Origin: Monosiga brevicollis MX1
Taxonomy: Eukaryota
DNA length: 64,000 nucleotides
NCBI RefSeq assembly: GCF_000002865.3
Contig: NW_001865080.1
Span: 61,716-125,715, forward strand
Direction: 5' to 3'
This document shows positions 12,208 to 24,779 of the stretch, one piece after another; position 1 is the stretch's first letter; each line of letters starts with the position of its first letter. Position numbers and translations under genes: made by a program. Below the pieces are notes generated by a model. It saw nothing but the letters and a program-made list of their open reading frames with translations, was not told the DNA's origin and did no database searches.

Positions 12208-12883
12208 GCTTCAAGGAGGCTGTGCCTCACACTGTCTCCCAACCACCCCGCCTCGCCCTGCTCGACACCTGTTTGAGTGGCCTGCTGCAGGCGAGGAAGA
12301 AATTTGACAGTGTCTATCTAGGATTTCCATACTCAAAAGGTTGGGGACGCGAACATGCCGCACCCTGGCCCCGTGATCTAATCGAGCTTTGGCCCATATG
12401 CTGGTCACAGACCTTACCACGTCTTGTGTTATTGACGGCACTCACTTGACTTGACATGCGAGGTGAATGAGAAGAGGGTCAATTAGGTCAACTGTGGGGT
12501 CTGCCAGCTCTCCGCTTGAAAGGCATCACAATGAGTCACATTGCCCGGGCTCAGCCCGCCGGGATGCTTCACAACGCCCAGAACAACAGGGTAGGGGGAG
12601 GACAGTAAAACAAGCAGCCACGCACGTGGAACATGGCATGACCTCACAGGAGTTGAAAACGCAATGCAAGCAAAAACAGAAACGCAATCAAGGCAGGATC
12701 ACACCAAGACCACACACGCAAACAACCACCGCGCTATGGAATATGCTAAAATGGGAACAAATACTCCACACACACACACACACACACAGCGTAGACGTCC
12801 AGCGAGCGAGGAGCAATTGAGCTGGACCGCTTCAAGCCAAGGAGGGCCTCGAGTCGAGCTGTTGTCATCCAACCTATCAAGCC

Positions 12884-15285
12884 TTAGAGACGGTCGGCTG
12901 AATCCCCCAAAGCGGCGCTAGGATTCAATGGTAACTGCTCGGGCATCGGCCAGCCGGCTCCGCTGGCGAGAGGAGTGCACATGTCACCTGCTCCATTTGA
13001 CGGCAAGCCGTAGCTCAAGGGTACAGGCCAAGAGGAGGGGTCAGAAGCCTCTGAGAGCGGTGTGTTGATCCCCATGGCCTGCATGCCTTGGCCCAGCGGG
13101 GAAGCCTCCCCGCGCCACGTCTGTCGTTTGAGGTGCTCAAGAGGCCCGTAGTAATTACTGCTGCCAGTCGTCAAGGGTACGAAGAAGGCGCTTTCCGAAC
13201 CACTGCCGTCAAACGACAGCGGTGTCGAACGTGGCGGCAACATGTACCCGCCTGCTCTGCCCATGGATGTAACGTGTCGGGCGTCTCCGGTTTGAAGCAT
13301 GCCCTGCTGCTGATCCATAGCAGATGCCCCACCGTGAGCCGCATGCATGCCTTGCATGGGCGGCATGCTCTGCATGCTCTGCATGGGTGGCATCCCCTGC
13401 ATGTTCTGCATGGGTGGCATCTCCTGCATGTTCTGCATGTTCTGCATGTTCTGCATGGGTGGCATCTCCTGCATGTTCTGCATGTTCTGCATGTTCTGCA
13501 TGTTCTGCATGTTCTGCATGTTCTGCATGTTCTGCATGTTCTGCATGTTCTGCATGGTCTGCATGTTCTGCATGGTCTGCATGCTGGGGCCATAACCGGG
13601 GGGCACGTGGCCCATGGGCATGCTGTACATGGGTGGCATCTGTGGCACAAAGGCCGGCGACATCATCATATTCGGGTTGCGGTACATGAAGGTATGGGGC
13701 ATGTGCGGGTTGACAAAAGCTGGCATGGACATTTGCATGGTTGAGCTCGATAGATTGCGTTCGTGACGGCTGCTCTTGTCTGTGCGCATCGTACCACGAC
13801 CGGACGAGCTGTCCCCATGGCTGCCATTTCCAGAGCCGCTGGCGGTATTGTCAGACGGCGGTGAACCGGACGACCCGGCATGACTCGATGTTTGCGAAGA
13901 TGTGTTGCTGCGACTCTTGGTCGACACATGGGAGGACGTGCTCGACAGGTCCAAATGCTTTTGTTCGTGACGCACGACGTCACGATTGTTCCGAAAGACC
14001 TTGGCGCAGAATCGACACGTATAGTCACTGCCGTGGATGCGATCAAGATGTGCAACAAATGCAATGAGCAGAAAATGCAATGAGTGCAGATCTGGTGGGC
14101 GTGTGCTGACGCTGAGAACGGTGGAAAGAAGAAGCACAAGACTTTGGGAAACGAACCGTTCGTGGATCTTTTGGTGCCGTGTGAGTGCGCCCCGCTGTGT
14201 AAAACGCTTCTTGCATCCTGGGTGGCCACAGCTGTACGGCCGCTCCTGTCAAGTGGCAAGATGAGCAAGACATGATTGGCATGCTAGTATGTCAAATCTG
14301 TAGTCCGTCTCAATACAGCAACAAAGGGCCTACCCCGGTATGGGTGCGCTTGTGAACGTCTAGTTGATCCTTGCGATGATACCGCTTGTCGCAAAATTCG
14401 CACTGAAATTCAAACTCTTGCGAATGAATCTTCTCGTGCTAAGAGGTTGGTGGAAAGGAAATGATGAGTCAACAAATATGGTGGCGTGAGTCGGGTCGTT
14501 GGTCCAGTAAGCGCATCAAATCATGGAGCACGCAGGTGGACTACGTGTATGTGTTGTGCAGTGGACATACTCTTCGAAGGTGTGCTCGACGCCAAAAAGT
14601 GCGATGACAAGTCTGTGATACACGTTTGCGACGACGCGGGCGTTGCTAAAGCAATTAGGGCAGGACAGCTACTCCGCGCAAGCCAAACGAGCGGAGCCCA
14701 GTGGCTGCAGAGCTGGATGGGGGAAAAAAGGATGAGCAAGCTTCAACATACCGGGCAGGCGAAATGGCCGTCAGCATGTTGCTGAGCATCAGCATCATCT
14801 GGTAGAGCTTCATCGTCTTTTTCATCGTCGCGCTGATTATCGTCGTCATCGCTCTGGGTGCTGTCTTCGCCCGAAGAAAAGGGCTCGGTGCGTTTCTGCG
14901 ATTCAGGCACAGTTTTGGCACGCTTGGCCAAGCTTTCGCCATCAGCATCTCGAGAAGCAGAAGAGTTTGAGCCGGTTGCAGACGTAGTCGTATTTGTTTG
15001 GCCAGCAAGATTTGAGGCGGAGCTGGGTGATGAGCTTTCACGTTCGGAGGAACCATTGTCGCTATCAGAAGAAGAAGAGGCCTGATTTTCCAGGGCTTTT
15101 GAATCAGAGGAAGAGGAGGTATCCGTGGTTTTGTCCTCGGGACTAGCAACCTGGGGGGCAGACCGGAGCTGGATGCGTGCAGCCTTGGCGGCTGCTTGGC
15201 TCGTATCATCTGGCGCGGAGGTAGAGGCCGCTATAGAGCTCTGTGGTGATGGCACATGCCCTCGAAGCTGTGGAGAGGAGGGCAT
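12884..15285 (-). CDS. C2H2 zinc-finger transcription factor (4 fingers) with Met/Gln/Asn-rich repeat C-terminus; multi-exon, start uncertain
   Basis: Spliced fingers: FACP|TCHRTFWRRAHLRR|HEKIH; FQCEFCDKRYHRKDQLDVHKRTHTG|ERPYSCGHPGCKKRFTQRGALTRHQKIH; YTCRFCAKVFRNNRDVVRHEQKH. TGERPY linker present. Confidence 0.88.
13360..13582 (-). repeat. Coding 9-bp tandem repeat (ATGCAGAAC)n encoding (MQN)n and variants
   Basis: Directly visible as (catgttctg)n on the + strand. Confidence 0.95.
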
Positions 15286-18200
15286 CACAGCGATGGTTTG
15301 TGGTGGAGGCAGAAAAGCGCCGACGAAGGTCCTCGCTGGTACTTTATTGGGGAACTGGCCGTCTACTGGGGCCACCCCAAACGAGGGGACCTCAAATTAT
15401 TAGTGACTGCCCTTTGCAGGGTGTGGCTACGGAAGCAGGGCAAAGGGGGCTTGAAGCCGACCACTGCCAGCAAAAAAGGGGGTTGGTATCAAGGGCAGCA
15501 CCAAAAGCCCGCCTGGTTGAGGGCAGAGGATGGTGGGTGCTCTGCGGCCAACGGGTGGAGGCAGGAGGGCAGGACGACGACGACGACGACGAGCAGTGAC
15601 GACGGAAAAGAAGGGGGCTGGTTTCGAAGGCGAAGAAAAGGTTTACGGAACGGTCAAGCGAGGATTGGGAGAGGCTAGGCGGGGGGCTGAAGCGGATTTG
15701 AGGATGGCCAGGCAAACGGCAGCCGCGACAGGGAGGGGGGGTAACAGGGGATGCCCGAGCAAAGAGATGAACGCATGAAGATAAAATGACGTTTCATCAG
15801 CATGAAGTCAGGAAAACATGGAAGGGGGTGGGAGAGGAGAGTGTGTGCCCACCCCTGTTCCTAGAGCTGACTGGTGAGGATGCAAGAGGTGGATGCTGAG
15901 ACAACCTCGGATTCAAAGGGGGAGGGCGAGCAGCAAGAATGATCGACGGGGAGAGTTGGCCAAGTGAGTGTCCCGTGAGCGCGTGACCTGAATCTCACGA
16001 TTCGAACGAAATGACCCAAATGTGCCGGAAGGCGGTCAGAGACGGCCATAGAAGGGAGCCGCGGGGGGCAACCCATCCAACAGGGTTGGCAAGAGGCATC
16101 CACCACCACCACCCACCTCTCTTTGCACAGCATGGCTCGAGGCAGACAGCCCCGCCAACAACGCTCACGGGGCATGAGCCTGAGTGTGATAATTTTTCAG
16201 AACTGTCAGGCACCCTGAACAAATGTGTCTCCGATAACCCACTACCCCATGTGTACGGGTGTGCATACATCCAAGCTGCTCATGGTAATGGGGCGACCCA
16301 ATCCACTGTGGCCGATCTTCCATGTTAAGGCCGTTCGTGTTCGTTTGCATCAGGTCAAATGTATGCGTCGGGGTTGGTAAGGACTTGTTGAAAGCCCACA
16401 TCACCCACAGATAATTCTCTCCTCAATTCTGTTGGTAATGCAAGACGAAGCTGGGTTGATGAAAGAGTGTGGGTGGTGAAAGGTTGGCTTTAAAAGGATG
16501 ACAATTCCGCGGAAAAGGGGCTTGGTTCTACGAACCGATGATTTTGGGGAATTTGCATCCGGAGTTTTATCGAATTGCCACGCGATGCATCCTTGGTCGA
16601 ACGAACAACCTTGTGCATGTCGCTTGCTTGCTCATCAACGTGGGCCCGCTCCTCACCCATCACATTGAAAAAGAACGGGTCGAAAAGAAGGTTCGCGCGC
16701 CCTGTGCGCTTGCCCACGTGCATGCATGCCGCGACCGCGCGCGCTTTCCGAGGGCCTCAGTCCCTTTTCCTGTTGCCCTTTTCCTCGCGTCGCCCCAAAA
16801 GCCCCAGTGTCTCTTCGGCAGTACGATCTGGAAATGGGGGTTTCTGGCTCATTCTCGTCAACTCTGGGCGACATGTCTGAGCGATGCTGAAGCTCAAGAA
16901 GCTTCCTCTCAGTTAACATAATAATAAGCACAGGTTTGGGATGATGGAGATGCTTCACGAGAATAATCCGCCACCAATTGTTGGGAAACATCTACAAACT
17001 GCGTCAGAACATCATGGACCGCTCCGACACACCCCCCCCGTCAGCAGGTGTTGTCAAGCATTCTTTCCCAAAGTTGGTGAACCCGTTGTTGAACCGTTGG
17101 TGCTGATGTAGTAATGCTGGGCGGCACTTGATAGGCCCATGCGCCGACAATTTTTTTGAGGAAAAGCGTGTGTGCGGACGTGGCAGTCGAGGCGTCCTAA
17201 CCCCAAGCAGGTTCAGGTTTACCAACGAATTACCCTGATCCAGTGGCTCAATGGACACTCCTCCGTGCGCGCCAACCAACAATAGGCAGGAATTGCCGGG
17301 CCAACAGCGCGGGCCGACGATGATGAACCGATCAACACAGTGTGGTCGACACTTGAAGCACGAATACAATGTCATCGCTACTGTTGCCCAACTCACTTCC
17401 CTTATTCTGATTAGAAGCACAACCATTCTGCACAACTCTGACGCTTGGTTGGAAGCATGGCTCGGAGAGACGAGACGCTTCTCGAGAGTCGAGTGCTAAG
17501 GGGCAAGGACGACTACCTGCACCCCATCCCACGAATAAGGCGTTGGAAGAAAAAGGCACCAAGAGGAGGGCGGGGGAGGCAAAGGCGCGGGCAATAATAG
17601 ATGGGCAAGCCCGGTCACTTACTAGCACCGACTTAGCGAATCCGGCAAGATCCAACCAAGAATTGCGTGGCATGGGAATCGTGCAGAAGATGCATCCTTG
17701 ACGCCATTACCATGATGCAAGCTGCGACGCGCTCAATTGTCAGATTCTTCCTTACATCGATAATCCCAGTCTGCGAGGAGACTGGTGGAGATTCATTCTC
17801 CCTCCAGGAACCCGTTAGGTGTTTGTACAAACTAGCTGTTGTCGTTGCTTTCATCTGTTCAAATTTACCGTCCTATCGTTGAAATCAACTGTTGCTCTTG
17901 TGTGTTGTTTATTTGTTGTCGATCGGATTTCCGTTCAGGTCAGTGAAGGCCGTCCATCGCTCGAGCGCCGCAAACCGTCGTCGTCGCCCGCGAGCCCGCG
18001 ATCCCATCGCCCGCGACTCGTTGCCGTGATTCGAATCGAAAGTGCAGGGGACTGCGTGCTCGTCGTGCTGTTCGATGCGTTTCGTTGGTTCAGTCGTGGT
18101 ATTGCATTTCTGTGTACCGCGGTCTTTGCGTTCCCTTCTGTGTCCTGTAAAGAAGAGGGGGCGGAGCTTGACATCCAACGGACCGGGATACGCTAGCGCA

Positions 18201-18505
18201 AGTGCGGCCATACAAAGCACTGACAGCACGCGTCTGCTCATGTACTCGTTGATATGTGCGTCGTGGATCCTAAATAGTGCCAGCCCCACACGCTCCCGAC
18301 GCTTCAATTGGCACGGACCGCCCCCTCGCCTAAAGTTCCTGCCGGTATGCTGAACTGGCCCCTTGATTGTGAACAAAACTGACCAACCAAAGCACAGCAC
18401 CGACGTTCCGCTTTCAGCCCACTCTCACCTCGTTGCATTTGACTTCCATATCTTCGCGTCACGCTTAGTCTATTCCTTCCCAACTCTTCAGCAAACCTTT
18501 TGATC

Positions 18506-21137
18506 ATGGCTGATGTCAGCGATCCCCGCATCCGCGAAGCCGTCGAGGACGTCCGCAGTGATGTCACCGACACCGATTGGCTGGCCGTCGGTTACGAGGG
18601 CAAGAACACCCTCGTACTCAAGGGCACCGGCAGCGGAGGCCATGCCGAACTCATGAAAATGCTTGATGACAGCAAGGTCAGCCCACCACACACAGCACAC
18701 ACAGCACACGGCACCCACGAATGCCTCATCTATGCAACTGTGCGCCATCCGGGCGGCTCTCACAATGCATATCTTATACTCTAGGTCTTTTTCTGCCTGC
18801 TCCGACTGGCCGACGGTGACCAAGAATCCAAGCGCATCAAGTTTGTCTCCATCACCTTTGCCGGCGAAAACGTCGGTGGTACGAATGCATCACCATCCTC
18901 CAAACCTCGCTCACCTGCACTTGCCCGTGTTGGCTGTTCGGCTGTACCATCGATGCATGATCGTGGTCCACGACTGCAACCATGACCATGTGTTTTCTTG
19001 GCCCTTGTTTCTTTTTGTCTAAACCTAATGGGCCTTTGACGTGCCCCACAATCGTGCCTGGCATACCCTGGACATCACAACAGGCTTGGCACGTGGACGT
19101 GTCGGTGTTCACGTGGGCTCCATTCGTCCACTCCTCGGCGTACGTTCATGCGGCCACGCACCCACTCTTTTTCTTCTTTTTCAACATGACGCTCGCAAAG
19201 TAGTTGTTGCTGTTGTTTCTTTTTTTTTTTTGGTTTTTTTTTTTTTTTGGGTTTTTTTTTTTTTTGGGTTTTTTTTTTTTTGGTTTTTTTCACTCACCAC
19301 CTCATACGCTCTCGATGACTCTAGCAATGCAATGTCGATCTTTCCGCTGATAACACTCGCGAGTGCTCCGAAGCCATCATCCGCAAAAAGCTCAAGGTCC
19401 GCCGCCGACAAAGCTGCTCTCTGGCGCCCTGGCAGTAGCCCTATCTGACAACATTGATCCTCACCGGCCAACCTGTCCGATCAACGCCTGCCTATGATTT
19501 CATTCAGGTGGCTGGTGGTGCTGACTACGATACGGGCTCAAATGCATCGGGTTACAAGTCCGAGGCCTCATCCCTCCGCAAGAAGGCACTGCAGGCGTAC
19601 CAAGCCAAAGAGAAGGAAGGCAACATCAAGAGTGTGACCTATGTCACCTCCGCCCTCCCTTCCACCACCCCCGTGGACCTGAACGGCCGCAAAATGGTCG
19701 CTCCTCCCACTGAGGCTCGCAAGTATGATTCCTCCCCATGAAGCACACTGTGACCCATGGCAACCTAGCTATTGACCTCACATACATGCACACTCGCAAA
19801 CTGCGCCTGTGTCCGGTTGCAGGAACATTCAAGACAACATCCTTGATACGTCCAAGTTTCAGGGTCAGGCATCCACAAGCACCGGCTCGGGCATCCAATA
19901 CGACGAAGGTGTGGGCGCCAGCATTATCAACCTCAGCCGCTTGATCCGCTTTCTGCCTTTCCCCTTGACCCATGCCATATGCATTTGCCTGTCAATTTCA
20001 GATCGCACACGCAAGCCATCCGTCAGCAAGCCCAAAGTTGGGCGCAAACCCTCCATCAACAGGAAACCGTCTGTCAGTTCCAAGCCAGATGTTGCGACCA
20101 AGCCCAAGCCTGAGTCGAAGCCCGAGCCCAAGCCCGAGCCCAAGCCAGTGGCCAAGCCCGAAGTGGATAATGCTGACAGCGAGGCCTCGAGCTCACGCTG
20201 GGTACGTTGTTTATTTTGCCTTCAACAATCAATTGGACACACTCCCTCAACAATGTTTTTTTTCGCAGAGCATGTCTGAGGGTCCCGTTGTGGAGGATGC
20301 TGAAGAACGCCGTCGCTTGCGCGAGGAGGCCCGCAAAGCTCGCCGCGAGGCCAGCCGTGCCAAGTCGGATAGTGATGGCAAGGCTGCCTCTAGCAGTCCC
20401 GTCACGCAACGTCGTGAGGAAACAAAGCCTGAACCCGTAAAAGAGCCCGAACCCGAACCCGCAAAGGAGCCCGAACCCGAACCAGAACAGGAACCCGTCA
20501 AGGAGACCGAACCCGAACCTGCGGCGGCAGAAGAGCCAGAACCCGTCCAGGTGTCTGAGAACGTAGCTGAGGAAGCGCCCAAGAAAAAGACGACCAGCCT
20601 TTTTGATGACGATGAGGATGATGATGATGAGCTCTTTGTGAGTCTGCAGCTGCCCTCTTGTCCTCTTGCATTGGTACTTTGAGCGTGCCGACTTGACCTT
20701 CCCCACACCGTGCCCGGGGGCATCAGCATGACTGAACTGAGGTTGACACTTTATTCGTCGGTTTCCTTTCTTATAACACTGCCTCCTTCAACTTTTGCAG
20801 GGTGGTAAGCCCAAGGCAACGACCAAGACCAATGGCTCAGCTAAGCTCTTCGATGACCTTGATGATGAATCAACAGTGGAAGATGCCAAAGCCCCTCTCG
20901 TGGATCAAGGTTTGGCTTGATCATTGGTCTGCACCACCATACCCGCCCTACTTTTGCTCATAACGGCCTTTGACTCGTACGCAGATGAGGATATCACCAT
21001 CTCCAGCCAGGTCTTGGCTGAATTCTTGAAAGCGCAAGGCTTGTTGAAAGAGAACACAACCTGTACGTAGTCTGGCTATGCACGCTGTTGCCCTGCCTCC
21101 AGATTTCATTGTTGCTTGTGGACGACGCCTTGAGTAG
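18506..21137 (+). CDS. Coactosin-like ADF-H actin-binding protein with long Pro/Glu/Lys-rich tail; multi-exon, 3' end at 21070 or 21137
   Basis: MADVSDPRIREAVEDVRSDVTDTDWLAVGYEG...GSGGHAELMKMLDDSK|VFFCLLRLADGDQESKRIKFVSITFAGENVG|GLARGRVGVH...IRKKLK|VAGGADYD is a coactosin-type ADF-H domain. The tail has PEPK/EPE repeats. Confidence 0.88.
19216..19290. repeat. Intronic poly-T tract punctuated by GG/GGG
   Basis: Directly visible inside an intron of the ADF-H gene. Confidence 0.9.
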
Positions 21138-21359
21138 ATTCGGCCAAGGAACTACTCGCAATCATCAGCAAGTGATCTTGGACTCGACTGCCAGCAGTCC
21201 TCCTCGTCTTTTTTGTCTGATTGTTTTGTTTTGTTTTGTTTTTGTCTCTTTGACTGTTTGTTAACCTTCTTCCTTTTCGTTGTCAATGTGCATGCGCACC
21301 CAAACTTCGATGCTAGCCCGTCTTTTGCACAGCCAGGAGCATGGCTCAGGACCATAGAA

Positions 21360-22496
21360 TAAAAAAATAACCTCGGCCTGCCATGAAAACCAAGCAATTT
21401 AGAAAAAAAAACTCAACCGACACCTCGGAGTTGCATGACGAAGACTTGACTGTTGAAATCAGCAAAACTTTCTTTTTTGGTACAATGCTGGGCGAAGTGC
21501 AATTGGCTTGCCTTTCAGAACGCCTGTGCTCACGCAGCGGTGTTCTGCCCAAACAAGAGTAATGGACAGCCAAGATCTGGCAGTTAGCCTTGACTCGAGT
21601 CAAAAAGCCCCAGGTCCAGCTCACCATCTGGCGATCTGTCGTTGAGGGCAGTTGCTGCACGCACTCCACGCACTCCAGCGCTCATAGCAGTCTGTATTGC
21701 CATCACTGACTGTGACCAGGAAAGAGCAGAAGGCGGTGTTGCCACTCGGATCTGTGGCATTACATGCGACCACATGGGTACCCAGGGCAAACACGGTGCC
21801 GGGTGAATGCGAGCAAAAAGTGTCTACGCCAGCGCCACTGTTGTCGCCGGCAAAGGGCGCACTCCAGTACACGTCTCCCTCTGTGTTTGGCGCCGTCACG
21901 CTACGATACCGATTGGTCGGACAATTGATGTTTGGAGCTTCGACATCGCGGATCGTCGCCGAGAAGAGACATGAGGATGAGAGGTTGAAGGCATCGGTCA
22001 CGGTGCAGTTGATTTGGGTCTGGCCAAGAGGTAGTTGGGCACCCGAGGAGGGAACGCAGCTGAGGTCAGTGACGGACTGGTCCACGACGCTGGGATCGGC
22101 AAAGCGGGCCTGGCCCAAAGCCAAGCCAATGTCATTGTCAGCGCTGATGTCGGCTGGGCAGGATATCAAGGGCGGGGTGGCGTCAGCGACTGCGTATGCC
22201 ACTTGACAAGTGGCCACTTCGAGTCCCGCGTGATCTCGTGCAATGCAAACCAGGGTGCCCGTGGCCCCGAGCGCCAAGGGCGTGCTGACATTGGGCACAC
22301 AGGTTACGCTCTGAGCATCATTGGGCGTCGCGGGTGTGTCAAAAAGCAAAACAAAGTTTTGATTCGGTCCATCCGCCGGGGCTGGGCCCAGTAGGAAATT
22401 GGGACACGTCAGTGCATCTGTCAGTCTGAGCAAGACACCCAGCCCAAGGATCCATTTCCCCCATTGCACGGGCGCACGTCTCGATCCAAAAGGCAT
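21360..22496 (-). CDS. Secreted HYR-repeat protein with start of a thrombospondin type-1 repeat; 3' end uncertain
   Basis: Signal peptide (KWILGLGVLLRLTDA); repeats DATPPLISCPADI...SGAQLPLGQTQINCTVTDAFNLSSSCLFSATI and DVEAPNINCP...PGTVFALGTHVVACNATDPSGNTAFCSFLVTV; WSAWSACS TSP1 motif. Confidence 0.8.
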
Positions 22497-23165
22497 GACC
22501 TGACTACTGATCCGGGCTGGCCACGGGGCCACGGGGCAGACCTTAGCTCTGACGCACTTGTTTCCAACACGCCGATAGGAACAAAAGAAGTTGATTGCAC
22601 AGCTGACAGGGACAAGGACGTTGGAAATGCCCAGGCACGCGATCGTAGGATCGTGCAGATGTGCAGACGCCGGACAGCGATTCATGCAGCCTCAAACACG
22701 CTGACACTTACTCGCACCCTCAAGCAAATCGAGCATGCAAGCAAGCCCAGAGACCAGCCGACTTTGGCAGACTCGAACGCTCAAGCTTTGCAAGCACCTG
22801 AACAACTCAACACCCAAACCACCGCCTCAACGACACGCCCAGACGCACACCTGCCGAGAGATCAAGACCGCCGCTCATCAGAGTTCAGCAGCTTTGAAAT
22901 CGCGCGCCGACCACAAAACATCAACAATACGGATGAGAGAGAGAGAGAGAGACCGAGACAGAGACAGAGAGATCAGAGATATGAAGAAATCTGGCACCTC
23001 GTGCAACGCTAATCCAAAGCTCAGCCAGAGACAAGAAGACCAATAAAGCACGATGCAGAGGCACAGAAAAGAAGAATGACACTCGTTCGAATGCCAGAAC
23101 AGTAATTTTGAACATATATATTTTACGTGACTTTAGAACAGTGACCCTTTGCGATGCGGTCCACG

Positions 23166-24779
23166 ATGACGGCCGTGCTGCTGGTGGCGGCGACCCTGCT
23201 CGCGGTCGTGACCTCGCGCAAGAGCCTGGGTCATGATCCGGCTGGTTATGTCTACCAGCATCATACAGTTGCGGTATGTTTGGGGTGGGAGGGGTGGGAG
23301 GGGTAGGGGTTTGCGGAAAGGAGGGTTTGCATGGTGGTATCGCTTGCGTTGAATGCGTGCGCAAAAGTCGTTGGCAGTGCCCGAGGTCACGCGTTCAGCC
23401 GAAGAGGGCGGGTCGCATCGCAAAGCTGGAGCCTGTCCATTGATGGCTGCACTCACTCAGCACTGTTACTATCTGTTTCTCTTGTCTAGCACCCTTACAT
23501 GAACAGTGGAATGGACATCCCTCACTGGCGTAAGTCGTGCTTGGCCGCAAAAAATAAAGAGAGAGAGAGAGAGAGAGAGGAGCAGTGGACCAGTGAACGC
23601 TGCTCTAGTTCAAAACGTGTCGTTCACTTGCGAGCTTCTATCAATCGCGCCTACGCCGAGTGTGCGCCGACTTGCTGCTCACCTCTTTTTCGTACGATCA
23701 TGACTCTTGGCCTCGTTGATAGGCATTGGTGGATCAACTCTGGTCACGGACAGCTACATCCGTCTTACACCCGATCGCCAGGTCGGTGTGGTGTCTCGAA
23801 ATTGGACAAGAATGCTGGTTTCCTCTGAATGGCGCAGTTGGCATGCTCTCACACCTTCATGTCCTGTAACATCGACAGTCGCGCCGCGGTTACCTGTGGA
23901 ACTCCCGCCCCTACAAGCTTTTGGCAACCCAAGTGCCCGAGGATGAGGGTTCCATGAGTGACTTCCAGCTTGACATTAGCTTTCATGTGCATGGCCAAGG
24001 TGTGCATCCAACCGAGCCATGCTCGATATTTCTTTGCCACGGCCATGCTGCCAACTCACGATGATCGTTTTATTATTGTGCTAGGTGTGCGTCTGTACGG
24101 TGATGGTTTTGCCGTGTGGTACACCAAAGAATCAGAGGAAATGGGCCCCGTCTTTGGCAATCGCGACAAGTTTACCGGTCTTGGCATTTTCTTCGACACC
24201 TACAGTAACGTGCAACAGGGTCACCAACAGTACATCAGCGTCATGATTGGTGATGGCGAACAAGCCTACGATCATGATGTGGATGGCGGTGATGCCAAGA
24301 TTGCCGGCTGCCCGCTTCGCTTCCGTAGCCGCAGCGACGAAGTGCCCTATCATGCCCGCATCATCTACCAAGACAAGATCTTGCGGATGCACCTCGACCT
24401 GAACACTGGCAACTGGCACGAGTGCTTTGTGGTGCGCCGTGTACACCTTCCCCCGGGCTATCACTTTGGTGTCACCGCTGCCACTGGTGATTTGGCCGAC
24501 AACCATGACATCATCAGCTTCAAGGTCTCCGAACCCGTGGAGATGGACCCCGAAGAGAAGAAGGAGCTCATGGACCGCATTCACGAGGACGAGGTTCTTG
24601 AACAAAAGAACCCCGATCAGCTTCTCCACAAGGGCCAGGATATCCAATACGAAAACCCCGACGCAGAAGGCTCCTGGTTCTGGGTCGGCGTTGTCGTTGT
24701 GGTCCTGATCGCTGCCACCTTTGGTGGCCTTTTTGTCTACTCCAAGTCGCAGCAAAAAGCCAGTCGCTTCAACTTTTAA
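23166..24779 (+). CDS. LMAN2: L-type (legume-like) lectin, VIP36/LMAN2-like cargo receptor; multi-exon
   Basis: Signal peptide MTAVLLVAATLLAVVTS; YIRLTPDRQ; GDGFAVWYT; GPVFG; GLGIFFDTYSN; FGVTAATGDLADNHDIIS; TM segment; tail SRFNF*. Confidence 0.9.

Noticed and set aside
13088..13744. ORFs encoding (HVL)n, (CMF)n, (ACS)n and (CRT)n that look like metal-binding peptides
   Set aside because: They are alternative-frame or antisense readings of the stop-free 9-bp MQN repeat.
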